A stretch of DNA of 64,000 nucleotides from the human T2T-CHM13v2.0 reference genome, Homo sapiens. The stretch lies in NCBI RefSeq assembly GCF_009914755.1, contig NC_060926.1. One strand, given 5' to 3'. Below, piece after piece: positions 16,191 to 31,026 of the stretch. The notes under the pieces were generated by a model. That model saw only the letters and a program-made list of their open reading frames with translations. It had not been told where the DNA came from and did not search any database. How positions within the stretch are numbered: the first letter of the stretch is position 1; each line of letters starts with the position of its first letter. Made by a program: the position numbers and the translations under genes.

Positions 16191-19100
16191 GCAGTATTAT
16201 GGTGCACAATGACTTGTAAATGACTGCAGGCTTCAGTTCCAGCCCTAACTGGGTCAGGTGAGGAGGGACTGCTGCCTTCCTGATCTACCTTAGCCGTACC
16301 TGAGAAAGCCTGCTAGGCTTTGTGTTTGTCGCCTATCTCCCTCCAGGTGTCCAAAGTGAGAGATTTCTGGGAAAAGCTGAAATACGTAGAAATATACAGA
16401 GTCAACCAATACACATTTACTCTGGCCATATCAGATGATGGTGATGGATGGCAAATACAGTCTGGTTGAAGAGAGAGGACTGGTGCTAACAATATCATCT
16501 GAGAATCATGCTGGACAGGATGAAGTTAATGCATAGAGCAGTGGTTCTAAACCTTTTGAGGTCAGGGACCCCATTGAAAACATGAAGAAAATGTGTCTTC
16601 CCAAGAAAATTCTCACATGCACATAGACATGAAAGGCAGCCTTCAATGCAGGGACTCACAGACCCCAGCATCCCTCCACCAGCCCTGAGCTCACCCCTGG
16701 ATCCATGGTGGGGGCAGGCTGACAGAGCTTCTAGATCCACCAGTAGAAGGCCTCCTGCTTCTTCCTCGGGAGTCCTAGCACCCCTTTGGATCTAGAACAG
16801 GGCGTTTGTGTCCCTTCATAGCCACTAGTATGACAGGCATGAGAATGGGAAATAATCTTCACACTCCCTCACCCCATCCTACTGCACCAGGGGTCTGCCA
16901 TCTCATCTAGGGCAGAGGCCATTCTTAGCCTTTAGTCAATACTGTCGGTTTCCTCAGACATCAAATACTTTTCCTTTCTCATAACTGTTCATAATTTACT
17001 GGATTAAATAATTTCTCCCTCCCTTCCTTTGCCCAGCCATAATGAACACAGAAATGGTCCAGCATCTAGCATGGCAACTTGTACCCCGCAGAAGCTTTTT
17101 AAAAAGTCTTTTTGTTAATTTATAAATAGTAGCTGTCTTTTATTGAGTGCTCACTATGACACTGAACAAGGGGCTTGAGAAGAAGGATTTGTGACTCCCC
17201 TGACAACTCTCTAAGGTGGAGACTGCCATTAGGCCCATTTTACGTAATGGAAAGTGGGTACTTGGGGTGCAGGGAGGTTAAACTAGGGACAGAGAAGGGA
17301 GTTGAAGCAAGGTCTGCTTGCAGAGTCTGGGCATGTGGCCACTGTCCTGTATTGCTACCCTGAGCAGCAGGACTGTTGAATTCATGTTGAATGCACTGAC
17401 CATGCTTTGGATTCGGCAGGAGCAGAAGGTAGGAGGGGAGAATCCAGGTGCTGCTTGGTGGCCAGGTGGGCTAGTCAATGCCCACATGACCAAGCCAGGC
17501 TGCCAGGCCAGGATGCTTCTCCCCTCCTCCTGGCATGGTCCTGGAGCCCGGGCCACCTGATCTGGGATGCAGCGACGGGTGGATGCTATGACACTTGCTG
17601 GTATTCTGTATCAGTGGTAGCCAGGGCAAGAGGGAAACTGCCTCAGTGGCAGAGCTGGCTCATTCTGGAATGGAGATTGATTTCCCAGTGTCCCCTCCTG
17701 CCTCTCCGGAGCTGGTTGGTGTCAGGGAGGATATTTTTGTAAGGATGAACTGTTCTTGAATGTTTCCTGCAGCTGCTGGCCCAGGTCTCCCTCCAGCAGT
17801 CACAGGGCCTGTTATGTACACCTCCCTTTGCTTCCCAACATATTCAAATGAGAAGAAGTCCCCTCTCTGAAGAGCCCCTGGCTCTCAGGAACCAGCGGGA
17901 TGCAAGAGTGGGAGCAGGCACGGTGGCTCCCCACCAGCCACCTGTGGTGTGGGGGCTCAAAAGAAGCTGTGTATTTACAGATTCTTCCTTTAATACAGGG
18001 CTGCAGCTGTTTTGAGGAAGGATTAATTTTCATCTTTCACCAGCTCAGAGAGGTCCTGGGCAGACATCAGGGAGAAAGAGTGACAATTTGGGGAACCCTA
18101 AGAGGTTTTGATTTATCTGGTCTCAACTTTCTCATCTATAAAATGGGGTTGCCAAGTCCATCAACAGGAGGTGCTCTTTCTCCATCCCTGACTGGTTAGA
18201 AGGTTGGCAGAGTAGCTCACACTTCAGGTGCCCAGATTTGACATGGCTGGGCTCCGAGCCTGGCACAGTGACATCACAAAGTCAGCTGGACCCTCTGTGC
18301 TTCCTGCATGACAGAATGAAAGTGGCTTTTTTTTTTTTTCATTTGGAATCCAAGATGCTGAGTCATTCACCAGCTCAGAAGAGGAGATTTTGTTGTAAAA
18401 CAATCCAAAAGGCCCCTCCCCGCGTCCTTGCCCAGCACTCCAGGCCTCGCCCCAATGTTAATTCTGAGGGGATGCCTCCAGGAAAGCATGACAGCAGATG
18501 GAGAGGGCGGGGCTGGATGAAGTAGATTCTGGGAGGAAAACCAGGGTTTCAGAGTTTCCTAGGGGTGAACCCAAGCCAGGCATGTGCCCTGGGGGACCAC
18601 GTATACTTACTTTCTTCAGATTCTATGTTATTCTTAAAGTCTTTATTGATCATCTATTGTGTGCCCAGCCATGTGCTTGTCTTTGGGGACCCTGAAAGGG
18701 AATACAGTTCCTAACCTAGATGACCTGACCATTTAGCTGAGGGTGGGGGAGACAAATGTAGCTCACCAGATACGGTGCACCTCCCGAAGAGTATGTGCTC
18801 AGTGCTTGGTGTGTGTTACAGGCAGGCCCGGAGAAGGTGGGGGGAGCTGGATGAAGGGAAAGGGACTTGGAGAAGAGGCAGAGGGCACAGCGGAGGGCAT
18901 TCCAGGAAAAGCTGTCAGTCTGAGCAAATGAGTAGGAATGGTTTTGATTAGTAGTGGTGTTAAGGACACTGTGATGAGATTAACCAGAATTGAAGTAAAT
19001 GGCAAACATTGGAGCAGTGTAGGGTATGGATTATGGAGGACTGGCTATCCACCGAAGACTTTTGAGCAGGAGAATATCTGAATAGAGTTGATTTTGGCTG

Positions 19101-19816
19101 CATAGCAGGCATGCAGGATGGTGCAGGTCCCCAGGTTTCTGAGTCTAAGCCCTAACTTAATCCTGAGTTGTTGCTCTCCTGGCTTTCTAAATGTAGCAAC
19201 CATCCATCTATCCATTCATTTATTATCGATCTATTTATCCATCTATTAATTACTCATCCATCTATTTATTCATCCACTCATTCCCTTATTTTCCTCTTCA
19301 CTGGCCTCTAGTGTAAGATCCTTCTCTAGGCCAGAGACACTGTGTTCCCTGCCATATTCCTGGTTTCTAGCATCGTTCCTGGTACATAGTAGGCCCTCAA
19401 TAAATATTTTTGAGCAAATTCTCTCGCTGAGCATTCACTCACACATGTACACTTTGCACAGGATATTGAGTCCATTCTGCTCTACTTTTTGGGGGAGCCA
19501 TAGCTGGTTATTTGAGGGGGTCCTAGAATGGTTCTTCAGTATCCCAACAAAGTCCTAGAGAGATCCTTTCCCCACTAGTTTAGACAAGAGCCTTGAGCTT
19601 TGAGAGGAGACCTGAAGGCTAGTCCCAGTTTTGCAAAGACAAAGTATGTGGCCTTGAGCACTAACATTTTCCCTTTGTTTCTTTGGCAGATAAATGAATA
19701 AGCTTGGGATAAGAGAGCTTTGAGAGTCATCAGACTCTGACAGGTTATAATTCTATAACCTTAATCCTTCTCATTATAGGGCAAATAAAACTATGTTAAA
19801 AAACTGTTGGAAATCA

Positions 19817-20143
<327 letters not shown>

Positions 20144-20954
20144 TCAAAGGAAAGTTTCCCCAAATTCAGCAATTTAATAGGTTTCTCAGCAACATGGAGT
20201 CTCCATAGCTGAGTAGCTAAGTGTTTTTCAACCCTGGAATAGAATTATCTTCTGGTAGTCCCAGTATGAATGCAATACCCCACTCATAATTAGGAGAATC
20301 CAGCAGTGCCCAGAAAGCAACTTAATTGCTCTGAGACTGAGTTCCTTTCCCTGATTAAGTCACTTAATAAATGACCACATCAAGTAGCCTGAGGCTGGAC
20401 ATTTCCAAGGAGGATCTAAATCCCTTTTAATTTTCAGGGCTGTGTGCTTTCCTTTTGCAGCCTCGAGCTGCAGTGCCCAGCCTGCCATCTGAGAAGCATT
20501 TCTTCAAGGTGTCAAAAGGATGTGTCATGCATTTGGAACGAGGGCTAAATTAAAAGGCCGTACGACACATAGTTACATAAATTGAGGTATTTGGGCTGTT
20601 TCCTCCAGTATAAACTACTCATTTGGCAGTTTTTTCTGGAGCAGAAACACAGTGTGCAGTGGGACACTTGCCTGACGTTTACACCTCCCCACATGCATAC
20701 GCATGCACAAGTGCACACACATGCGCAAGTGTACACACATGCAGTCAGGAAGGGAAGTGCAGGATCCCCTGAATTGGACATATCCATTTGGCCATATGGA
20801 TTTTGTTGCTCAGAAGAGGCAAAGATTGGTGACTGATAACTTGGCACTTCTAATTTTCATACTTGCTTCTGGGAATGGCCCTGGGACTTGGTCCCCTTGC
20901 CTCTTGAGAGACTTGGGTTCTGTGATGAACTCATATAGCATGTTATATTTCTTA

Positions 20955-21268
<314 letters not shown>

Positions 21269-21541
21269 TAACTCGGAGAGGAGAAGAAACTTAAGTGATT
21301 TAATCCAACTGCCTCAATTTTAAGATGAAGACACCAGTGCCCACTAGTGCATAGCCCGAGAAAGCCAGAGCCAGTGCCAGGCCCCAGGTTTTTTGGTTCT
21401 TTATACCACATTCCCTCCCCACCAAGGTTTAGAGGGCATCATTTGCACCAGTCAGCAAAGTGACTGTCCTTGTCACTTTAGCTTTTGCTTTGCCTGGCAA
21501 CTGGGCTGATGGGCACAGCCCCAGCCACACAGCAAAGGCAC

Positions 21542-22433
21542 TGTAGTAGCTAGTCTCCCCAAAAGCCTCCCACTATGGGTCAACCCTCCCAGAATTCACA
21601 CCAGTCCCTCCTACACTAAATCTGGGCTGGCCCTTTTAATCACCAGAATGCAGCAGAGGTAAGTAACACTTTGTGACTTCTGAGGCTGAGTCATAGAAAG
21701 CCTTGCAGCTTCTTCCTTGGACTCTGGAAACACAAGTTCAGGGAAAAGCCGCTACTGTGTAAGAAGTCTGATACTCCAGACTGCCATATTGTGAAGGAGC
21801 TCAAACTAGCCATGTGGCAAGAATGTGTGGGATGTGTGGGGGCCATCATCCAGTGTTCCCACTATCCCTGCCCAGGTGCCAGACATGTGTGTAAAGAAGC
21901 CTTTTGGGACACAGCCTAGTTGAGGCTTCAGATGTCTTTAGCTCCTGCTGACATCAGAAGAGACCCAAAGTGAGAACTGCCCAGCTGATCCTATGCAACC
22001 CCCAGAACCATGTGAAATTTATTTATTTAATTTTATTTTTAAATTAAAAAAGTAAAAAAATTTTTAAGAGACAGGGTCTCTTAAAATTCTGCTACCCAGG
22101 TTGGAGGGCAGTGGCACAATCATAGCTCACTGCATCACTCAAACTCCTGGGCTCAAGCAATCCTCTTGCCTCAGCCTCCTGAGTAGCTAGGACCAAAGGC
22201 ATGTGTCACCACACCCAGCTAATTAAAAAAAAATTTTTTTTTTGTAGAGACAAGATCTTGCTATGTTGCCCGGGCTGGTCTTGAACTCCTGGCCTCAAGC
22301 TATCCTCCCACCTCAGCCTCCCAAAGTGTTGGGTTTAGACGCATGAGCCACTGCACCAGGCTAAGAAATTTAAATAAATTGCTTTAAGCCACTGTTTTGG
22401 GGGTGATTGTTACACAGCAACAGACACTGGAAC
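21542..22433 (+). mobile_element. MaLR solo LTR (MLT1-type) interrupted by an AluJ (~22020-22362, minus)
   Basis: GTGACTTCTGAGGCTGAGTCATAG...TTTAAGCCACTGTTTTGGGGGTGATTGTTACACAGCAACAGACACTGGAAC, with an Alu dimer nested inside. Confidence 0.75.
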
Positions 22434-23380
22434 TGGCACGAACGCATGCCATGGGTTCTCTGCTCTGTCCTGCCTCTAGTCAGGACCCCCTTTTTCCTTT
22501 CCTTCTGTACCCAGTCCCCCTCTCCCTCATCCCGGAGTTATCCCAGCTCAGATAGGCCACAAGACAGAAAATTGAGAGCAGACTGCCTTGGCTACTGATT
22601 TTACCCCAGGGAGAATACAAGTGCTTGTGGCCAGCTGAGAAGTCCCAGCTGCTCACAGCATGCTCTGAAACTGTGGGCTCCGGAGAGGCTGACGGCTTTG
22701 CTTCTACTTCATGCCGGTAAGAGACTTCTTCCACCACCTGCCAGGAGCTTTCAGATATTTTGCCATGTGCATTTCTGCTCTTAATCTAGTTTTGAAGGTT
22801 GTTTTTTCTTTTCATTTAAAAAAGTCACCGTTTTCTCCAATTAAACTCTTACTGGGTGGGAGAGCCTAGGGCCAGCACTTCTGAGACAAATGAGGGTGAA
22901 AGAGCTTCTGAGCCAAGCTCAGCTTCCAACCCAGGAATGAATGAACCTGCGGAGAGAAAACCACCAAACCTCCTGGGCCCTTTGCCCAGACTCAGTACCA
23001 TGCTCTGTCAACCTCTTCCTGGCCCTACAGGGTGGAGGGACCATCTGAGCTAAATGGAACAGGAGTTTACCTCTGAAAAGCCTGGACAGTGAGAGACAAG
23101 TTTCTGGGCACCCATTACTGCCAGGTGCTGAACTGAATGCCTTCTCCTTAGGTATTTAATTGAAGGCTCCCTGAGATCGGGGGCACCTGGCCCTGGATTG
23201 ACCTCAGGCTGAACTTTGGAATGCTGTGATCACTCATTCTCCCAATAGGATCCATCACAGTCTCTCAGAGAATGCCTTCCAGCCCTGCCCCTGGGGACAC
23301 CAAGGCTCAGACAGGCTAGTTGTAGGGCTCCTGAGCTCTGAGGGCTGCTTCCCCTGCTCCCGTTCCTTTGTCACCTATAG

Positions 23381-23568
23381 GAGGGTGGCAGATTTGGCAA
23401 ATAAAAACACAGGTCACCCAGTTCAACTTGAATTCAGATAAACAAATATTTTTAGTATAAGTATGTCCCATGCAATGTTTGGGATATACCTATGTTCAAA
23501 AAAATTATTCATTGGTTTACTTGAAATTCAAATTGAATTGGGTATCTTCATTTTATCTGGGAAGTCTA
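23381..23568. mobile_element. MER53 palindromic hAT MITE with 8-bp TSD
   Basis: Matches the recalled MER53 consensus (GCAAATAAAAA...TTTTTAGTATAAGTATGTCCCATGCAAT.TTTGGGA.ATAC). Perfect TSD ACCTATAG at 23373-23380 and 23569-23576. Confidence 0.88.
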
Positions 23569-23881
23569 ACCTATAGGGTTCTGCATAATTCTTCATCTGA
23601 CTAAAGGGATCGTGCAGAGTGAAAAGACAGTTGAAAGTTACAAATCAGTAACCTAAATCAAGGTCAACCCAGTTACTTTATTATTTTCCAGGAAAACTCA
23701 GAGAAGGGAAGTGACTTTCCCAAGCTTACCCAGGGAGCCAGTGTAAGTTGGAGCTGGAAGCTGCTCTGTTTCTAGTCTTTGCTCCAATGTCACCTTCTCA
23801 ATCAGGGTACCTCTGATCTCCTCAATTTAAAATTGCATATCTCCCATCCCTGAGGACCTTCCCTGTTTTATTTTCTCCGTA

Positions 23882-24032
23882 TTTTCTTTCTTTCTCTTTT
23901 TCTTTCTTTCTTTCTTTTTCTTTCTTTCTCTCTTTCCTTCCTTCCTTCTCTTTCTTTTTCTTTCCTTCTTTCTTTCTTGTTTCTTTCCTCTCTTCTTCTC
24001 CATCTCCTTCTTCCTCTCTCTCTCTCCCTCTC
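23882..24032. repeat. CT-rich / (CTTT)n low-complexity tract
   Basis: ~150 nt of almost pure polypyrimidine sequence. Confidence 0.9.
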
Positions 24033-24795
24033 TAGAGTATAATCTCTATGATGGGAGTCATCTTACTTGTTCACATCTGTGTCCATAATGCCAAGAAAAG
24101 GGCCTGGCCCTGTGTTGGCTTGAAGTACATATTTGTTGAAGGAGGAATGAAAGAATCCGGGGCTCAGCTCACCGCGGGAGCTCTTCTCCTTGCAGCCCTC
24201 GGTTTTCCCCATCATCTCTTCACTGCCCAAATCTGCCTAGTGTAGAGGGAATTGTTTGCAACAGCTTCCTTGGGGACTGTGTGAAGATGAGTTTTGGGGT
24301 GGAGTGAGGAAGGGCCGCCCTTGGAGTGTGCCCTTAAATCCCAACCCCTCCTGCCGTCCTTCTTGGTGCCCCAGCTGCTCTGGGGCAGGCAGGAGAGTGA
24401 GTAGATGACTCCCAGGAGGGTAGAAAGAAGGGAGGAGTGTGTGGAGGAGGAGCTCTCTCTGTGGCAATGAGAACTCAGCCAACTGCAGTTGCTTCTCCTC
24501 ACAGCGCTGCTGTCTACTGAGAGTAGAGAGGCAAATGTGTCTTGGAAAGAGGTCTGGACTAGAGCTGGAAAGAGTTGATGGGGAATTTTCTCTTACTTCT
24601 CATACTTGGGAGTCACTGCTGGCCTGGAAATCTCACATGGGGAGGGCTGAACCCCTTCTGCCATCCTCACCAGCCTCCAGTGGGACCGGACATAGTTCCC
24701 GGTACTGCCTTGCCGCCTACCCCATTGAACTCACTGCGAGGTGAACCTTTATGAGAGCACACCTCACAGGGTGGGGAACCAGCATGTGGGGCCTA

Positions 24796-25175
<380 letters not shown>

Positions 25176-25489
25176 AAATGAAAAAAATCAGCATCTCCCT
25201 TTTACTGAGTCCTGGCAGACACCAGCTATAGTGCTAAGTGCATTACACATATTAGTTTATGTATAATTCCAACAGTATTGTGAGGCTGATACTACTTCCT
25301 ATTCCCACCTAATAAACAAGGAAACAGAGACTTAGAGAGATCAAGTCCCTTACCCAGAGTCACACAGAAAAGCCCTTGCACCTGACTCTACTCTTGTGGG
25401 AGGGCCTCATCTCAGGGCAGGACAAGAATTCCACTTTTCTTTTTCTTTGCTACTGAATGACTCTGCTGTGACTTTGCAAGAGCTTTCCT

Positions 25490-26010
25490 AAATTCTAGCC
25501 TCATTAGCTTAACATGAAAACAGATGCCACCTGAGCTTTGCAGCCAGGGGTCCTGATTTATTCTGTTAATGATTCCATTTATCAGCAGCTTTATTAACAT
25601 ATTCTCTGAACATCCAGATTACAAAATTCATGAAGACTAGAATTCTTATGGAAACATGTCAGGGGATTACAGGTGAGAGTTGGTTCATTATCTTTCCTTT
25701 CCAAATGGAAATTGACCTTAATTGTGAAATATTAATCCACTTATTTTATGCATTACATGAAACCGTCATTTTTGGCATGCAGAGCAAAGAAGGCATGACT
25801 GTGGCTACATAATTGTTTTTAATTTAAATGCATCAGTTAATTAATACTTGCAAAAAACCCAAGGTTTTTCAGGAAATGTACAATTATAATCAATTTAAAT
25901 GTACAGCTACATTAATATGGTGACAAGTCCAATAATAAAACCTAAATGATTGCAGGCAAGTGCTGAACAGATGTGTGAATAGGCGTGCAGGCTTTGGGTT
26001 GAGTACAGAT
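25490..26010. promoter_or_regulatory. Candidate homeodomain-site-rich enhancer
   Basis: Unique AT-rich block with many TAAT/ATTA cores, TGATTTAT (25554), TTAATTAA (25837). Confidence 0.45.
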
Positions 26011-27683
26011 CATAATGGAAAGTGGGGCAGAGACTTCCACTCCTGGGCCCCTGCCTCCAGCCCCCAGTCCTAGGCCCCAGCATCAGCTCCAGCCCCTAGC
26101 CCCTTTGTATGATTGGATGGCTGGCCCCTTGAAATAGGCCACAGATAGACCTGCTCTCTATGTTTTGATTAATACACAACACACATATCTGACACTGATC
26201 TCCTCATTTTATTCACTTCCTAGCTATCACAGAGAGTTATTTCTCAGTGCTGAGAAGGTAGGTACCTCTCAAACTATCTTTAGAGCCCAAAATGGTCAGA
26301 GGGGTCCAAGGAGCCCACTAGAGCAGAGATGACATGGACCAGGAAGGGTCCCTTCTCCTTCTCACCTCCCTCCTTCTTGGCCCTGCTGCCACCTTTCTGT
26401 AGACAATCATCAAGGCATCACCCTGCAGTTGCCACATAGGAGAGTAAATCCTGTACAGGGAATTGGGATTACTTCTGACTTGCTGTTTTCTTGGCAACTG
26501 CGTGCCGTTGGGCAAGTCCACTTACCCTTTCTAAGCCTCAATTTTTCTATCTGTCCAATGGGGAATCGTGGCAATATTAAAATATGTTGTGTAAATTCTG
26601 GGCTCTCTTGTCATTGAGAGGTGAAAGTTAATGTCCCTCATCCTTGAATGTGGGCCAACCTTAGTGACTCACTTGAAGCCAATAGAGGGCAGTTGAAAGT
26701 GACACTGCATGACCTCAGAGACTAAAATTAGAAAAGGCCACAGAGCTTTTCCCTGGTTCTTCTGGGACACTCACCTTTGGAGCTTGACCAGAGAAGAAGT
26801 TCAAATACCCTGAGGCCGGCATGCTGTGGGGAAGCCCAAACCACAGGAAGAGGCCATGTGTAGGTGTTCGGGCCAATGTGCCCAGCCAAGTTCTCAGCTG
26901 ACAGTGGGCACCAACCGGTAGAGGACTCCATCTTTTAGCTGAGGGCCCAGATGTCATGCAGCAGACTCAGGAGTATAATAACTTCATTTCCAAATGTGCT
27001 GGGTTGCTGTGAGGTACAAAGGCAACTATATACAAAAAAGCCTTTGAAAAGGTGATTTAAAGATAATTATTATTTTTGTGGCTATTTTTATAATCAGGTT
27101 TAGTCCTGCATTAGGTTATATAAGAAGAATATAAAAAACAGAGGAGATAAGGTCTTTGCTCTCAAAGAATCTATTCTAGTTGGAAAAGAGAAGACCAAGA
27201 AACAGAAAATTACAGCAAATAGTACAGAATATGGCTAAAAGGACCAGGTGTGAGGTGCAGATTAAGTGCTTTAGTTGTTAGTAGGAGGAAAAAGGGGATG
27301 GACCAAGAAACGCTCCTTGGAGGATGTGTGCACCTTGAAGGATGGGGAAGATTTAGGTTGCTTGAGAGGAAGTTGGGGAGAGGGAGAGGCCTTGGGAAAC
27401 CAGTTGAGTAAAGGCACAGACAAGGCAGGCTTGTCAAGGTGAAGAGAGGGCTGCAGGCTGAGGGAACCTACCTGTTAAGCGTGGATGAGGTCCCCAATGC
27501 CAGCCAGGAGTCAGGGAAGCTTTCCATGTGTTTTCTGAATCCACGTGGGGAGGATTTCACGGCTCCTCTGGCTGGCCCTTCCTGATATCACTGTGGACCT
27601 TTTCTCAGAGGCAGGGAAGCAGCCTCCCGGCTCAATGATCCCCTTCTCTAGAAACTTATTCCCTTGCCCCTTCTTGGTATCTT

Positions 27684-28113
27684 TTTCATGCGCGTCCATG
27701 TGAAGAGACCACCAAACAGGCTTTGTGTGAGCAACATGGCTGTTTATTTCACCTGGGTGCAGGTGGGCCGAGTCCGAAAAGAGAGTCAGCAAAGGGTGGT
27801 GGATTACATTAGTTCTTATAGGTTTTGGGACAGGCGGTGAAGTTAAGAGCAATGTTTTGCGGGCAGGGGTGGATCTCACAAAGTACATTCTCAAGGGTGG
27901 GGAGAATTACAAAAAACCTTCTTAAGGGTGGGGGAGATTACAAAGTACATTGATCAGTTAGGGTGGGGCAGGAACAAATCACAATGGTGGGGTGTCATTA
28001 GTTAAGGCTATTTTTACTTCTTTTGTGGATCTTCAGTTACTTCAGGCCATCTGGATGTATACGTGCAAGTCACAGGGGATGCGATGGCTTGGCTTGGGCT
28101 CAGAGGCCTGACA
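27684..28113 (-). mobile_element. HERV-H 3' LTR (LTR7 family, LTR7Y/LTR7B-type), 430 bp
   Basis: Direct repeat of the 5' LTR, preceded by the PPT; carries one more U3 repeat unit. Confidence 0.93.
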
Positions 28114-28699
28114 TTCCTGCCTTCTTATATTAATAAGAAAAATAAAACAAAATAGTGTTGAAGTCTTGGGGCGGTGAAAATTTTTGGGGGGTGGTATGGA
28201 GAGAGAATGAGCGATGTTTCTCAGGGCTGCTTCAAGCAAGATTAGGGGTGGCGTGGGAACCTAAGGTGGGAGAGACTAAGCTGAAGGAAGATTTTGTGGT
28301 AAGGGGTGATATTGTGGGGTTGTTAGAAGAAACATTTGTTGTGTAGAATTATTGGTGATGGCCTGGATATGGTTTTGTATGAATTGAAAAACTAAATGGA
28401 ATAAGGAGAAAAACAGGTATAAAAGGTCTAAGAATTGGGAGGACCTAGGACATCTGATTAGAGAGTGCCTAAGGAGATTCAGTATAGTCCTGCCAGCAAA
28501 GATTATTTATTTACTTCAAGAGTTAAGAGGGGCAGTTTGGGGATAGCACGAGGAGATATCAGCTGTGATGGCTTGGAGAAACAGTGTAAACCGGCAGTGT
28601 AAACAAGAGCAGGGCATGTATGAGTAGTTGAGAACGGTGAATAGGAGTATGACTAGACAGAAAATAGTAGGGATGACAAGTTTTTTTGGGGCACAGTCT

Positions 28700-30850
28700 A
28701 AATTGGTCCGGTGTCTGGAATGAGACTGGGGCCTAATAAAAAGGAGCTCAAATGGGCTATACTTTGCAGCAGTCTGAGGACAGGCCTGAATTCTGAGAGG
28801 CGAAAGTGGTAAAAGTATTGTCCAGTCCTTTTTAAGTTGGTGGCTGAGCTTGGTGAGGTGTGTTTTTAAAAGACCTTTAGTCCATTCTACTTTTCTTGAA
28901 GACGGAGGACCGTAAGGGATATAAAGGTTTCACTGAATACTAAGAGCCTGAAAAACTGCTTGGCTGATTTGACTAATAAAGGCTGGTCTGTTATCGGACT
29001 GTATAGAGGTGGGAAGGCTAAACTGAGGAATTATGTCTGACAGAAGGGAAGAAATGACTACAGTGGCCTTCTCAGACCCTGTAGGAAAGCCCTTTGCTTA
29101 TTCAGTGAAAGTGTCTATTTAGACTAAGAGGTATTTTAGTTTCCTGACTCAGGGCATGTTGAGTAAAGCTAATTTGCCAGTCCTGGGTGGGGGCAAATCC
29201 TCGAGCTTGATGTGTAGGGAAGGGAGGGTGCCTGAATAATCCCTGAGGAGTAGTAGAATAGCAGATGGAACACTGAGAAGTTATTTCCTTGAAGATAGAT
29301 TTCCATGATGGAAAGGAAATGAGAGGTTCTGAGACGCGGGCTAGTGGCTTGTACTATAGCATAGCCTGCCTTTGCTGGTGTGTGGCGATTAGGCCTGTTG
29401 GAACTGCCATCAATAAATCAAGCGTGATCAGGTGAGGAACAGGAAAGAAGGAAATATGGGGAAATGGGGTGAATATCAGGTGGATCAGAGAGATACAGTC
29501 ATGGGGGTCAGGTGTGGTATCAGGAATAATGTGGGAGGCTGGATTGAAGTCCGGGCCAGGAACAATGGTAATTGTGGGACTTAACAAAGAGTGAGTACAG
29601 CTGAAGGAGCCAGGGAGCAGAAAGTATATGCATCAGGTATGAGGAAGAAAATAGATTTTGGAAGTTATAAGAAATGTAGAGAGTGAGTTGAGCATAGTTT
29701 GTGATTTTGAGGGCCTCTAAAAGTATTAAAGCAGCGGCAGCCACTGCACGCAGACTTGAGGGCTAGGCTAAAACGGTAAGGTCAAGTTGTTTGGACAGAA
29801 AGCCTGCAGGTTGCGGTCCTGGCTCTTGTGTAAGAATTCTGACCGAACTAACCATGCCTAGGAAGGAAAGGAGTTGTTGTTTTGTAAGGGATTGAGGTTT
29901 GGGAGATTAATCGGACATGATCGGCAGGGAGAGCACGTGTGTTTTTATGAGAATTATGCCGAGATAGGTAACAGATGAGGTTGAAATTTGGGCTTGACTG
30001 AAGTAATGGGGGCTGTCTGTGAAGCCTTGCGGCAGTACAGCCCAGGTGATTTGCTGAGCCTAATGGGTGTCAGGGTCAGTCTAAGTGAAAGCAAAGAGAG
30101 ACTGGGATGAAGGGTGCAAAGGAATAGTAAAGAAAGCATGTTTGAGATCCAGAACAGAATAATGGGTAGTAGAGAGAGGTATTGAGGATAGGAGAGTATA
30201 TGGGTTTGGCACCATGGGGTGGATAGGCAAAACAATTTGGTTGATAAGGCGCAGATTCTGAACTAACTTGTAAGCCTTGTCTGGTTTTAGGACAGGTGAA
30301 AAGGGGGAATGGTAAGGAGAGTTTATAGGTTTTAGAAGCCCATGCTGTAGCAGGCGAGTGATAACAGGCTTTAATCCTTTTAAAGCATGCTGTGGGATGG
30401 GATATTGGCACTGAGAGGGGTAAGGGTGATTAGGTTTTAATGGGATGGTAACGGGCATGTGATCGGTTGCCAGGGAAGGAGTAGAGATGTCCCATACTTG
30501 TGGGTTAAGGTGGGGGGATATGAGAGGAAGATGCGAAGGAGGCTTTGGGTTGGGGAGAAGGGCGGCAATGAGATGTGGCTGTAGTCCAGGAATAGTCAAG
30601 GAAGCAGATAATTTGGTTAAAATATCTCGGCCTAATAAGGGAACTGGGCAGGTGGGGATAACTAAAAAAGAGTGCATAAAATAGTGTTGTCCGAGTTGGC
30701 ACCAGAGTTGGGGAGTTTTAAGAGGTTTAGAAGCCTGGCCGTCAATACCCACAACAGTTATGGAGGCAAGGGAAACAGGCCCTTGAAAAGAAGGTAATGT
30801 GGATGGGTAGCCTCCATATTGATTAAGAAGAGGACGGACTTACCTTCCAC
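28700..30850 (-). pseudogene. HERV-H pro-pol remnant
   Basis: Protease site degenerated to FLINMEAT (~30806-30829); PVPLLGRDILTKL; RT motifs VPNPYTLL, VLDLKHAFFTIPL. LPQGFTDSP is joined almost directly to VTYLG, so the YxDD catalytic segment is deleted. Left boundary approximate. Confidence 0.85.
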
Positions 30851-31026
30851 TGTGAGAGTTACCTGAAGCTCAGCATCCATGATGGTCTAGGCGGCTTCCG
30901 AGGCGATCGGGCAGCGTCAGTGTTCAGCCACTAAGCTGAGAAGATCTGGGAAGGAGTCAGAGAGCCTTGGGCCAGAGTTCCAGGGGCTCTGGAAGTGGCT
31001 ACCAGGTGAGTTGAACAATCCGATTT

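Noticed and set aside
30081-30752. 223-aa pro/RT ORF as a possible domesticated gene
   Set aside because: Lacks the protease catalytic Asp and the RT YxDD motif; typical defective HERV-H remnant.
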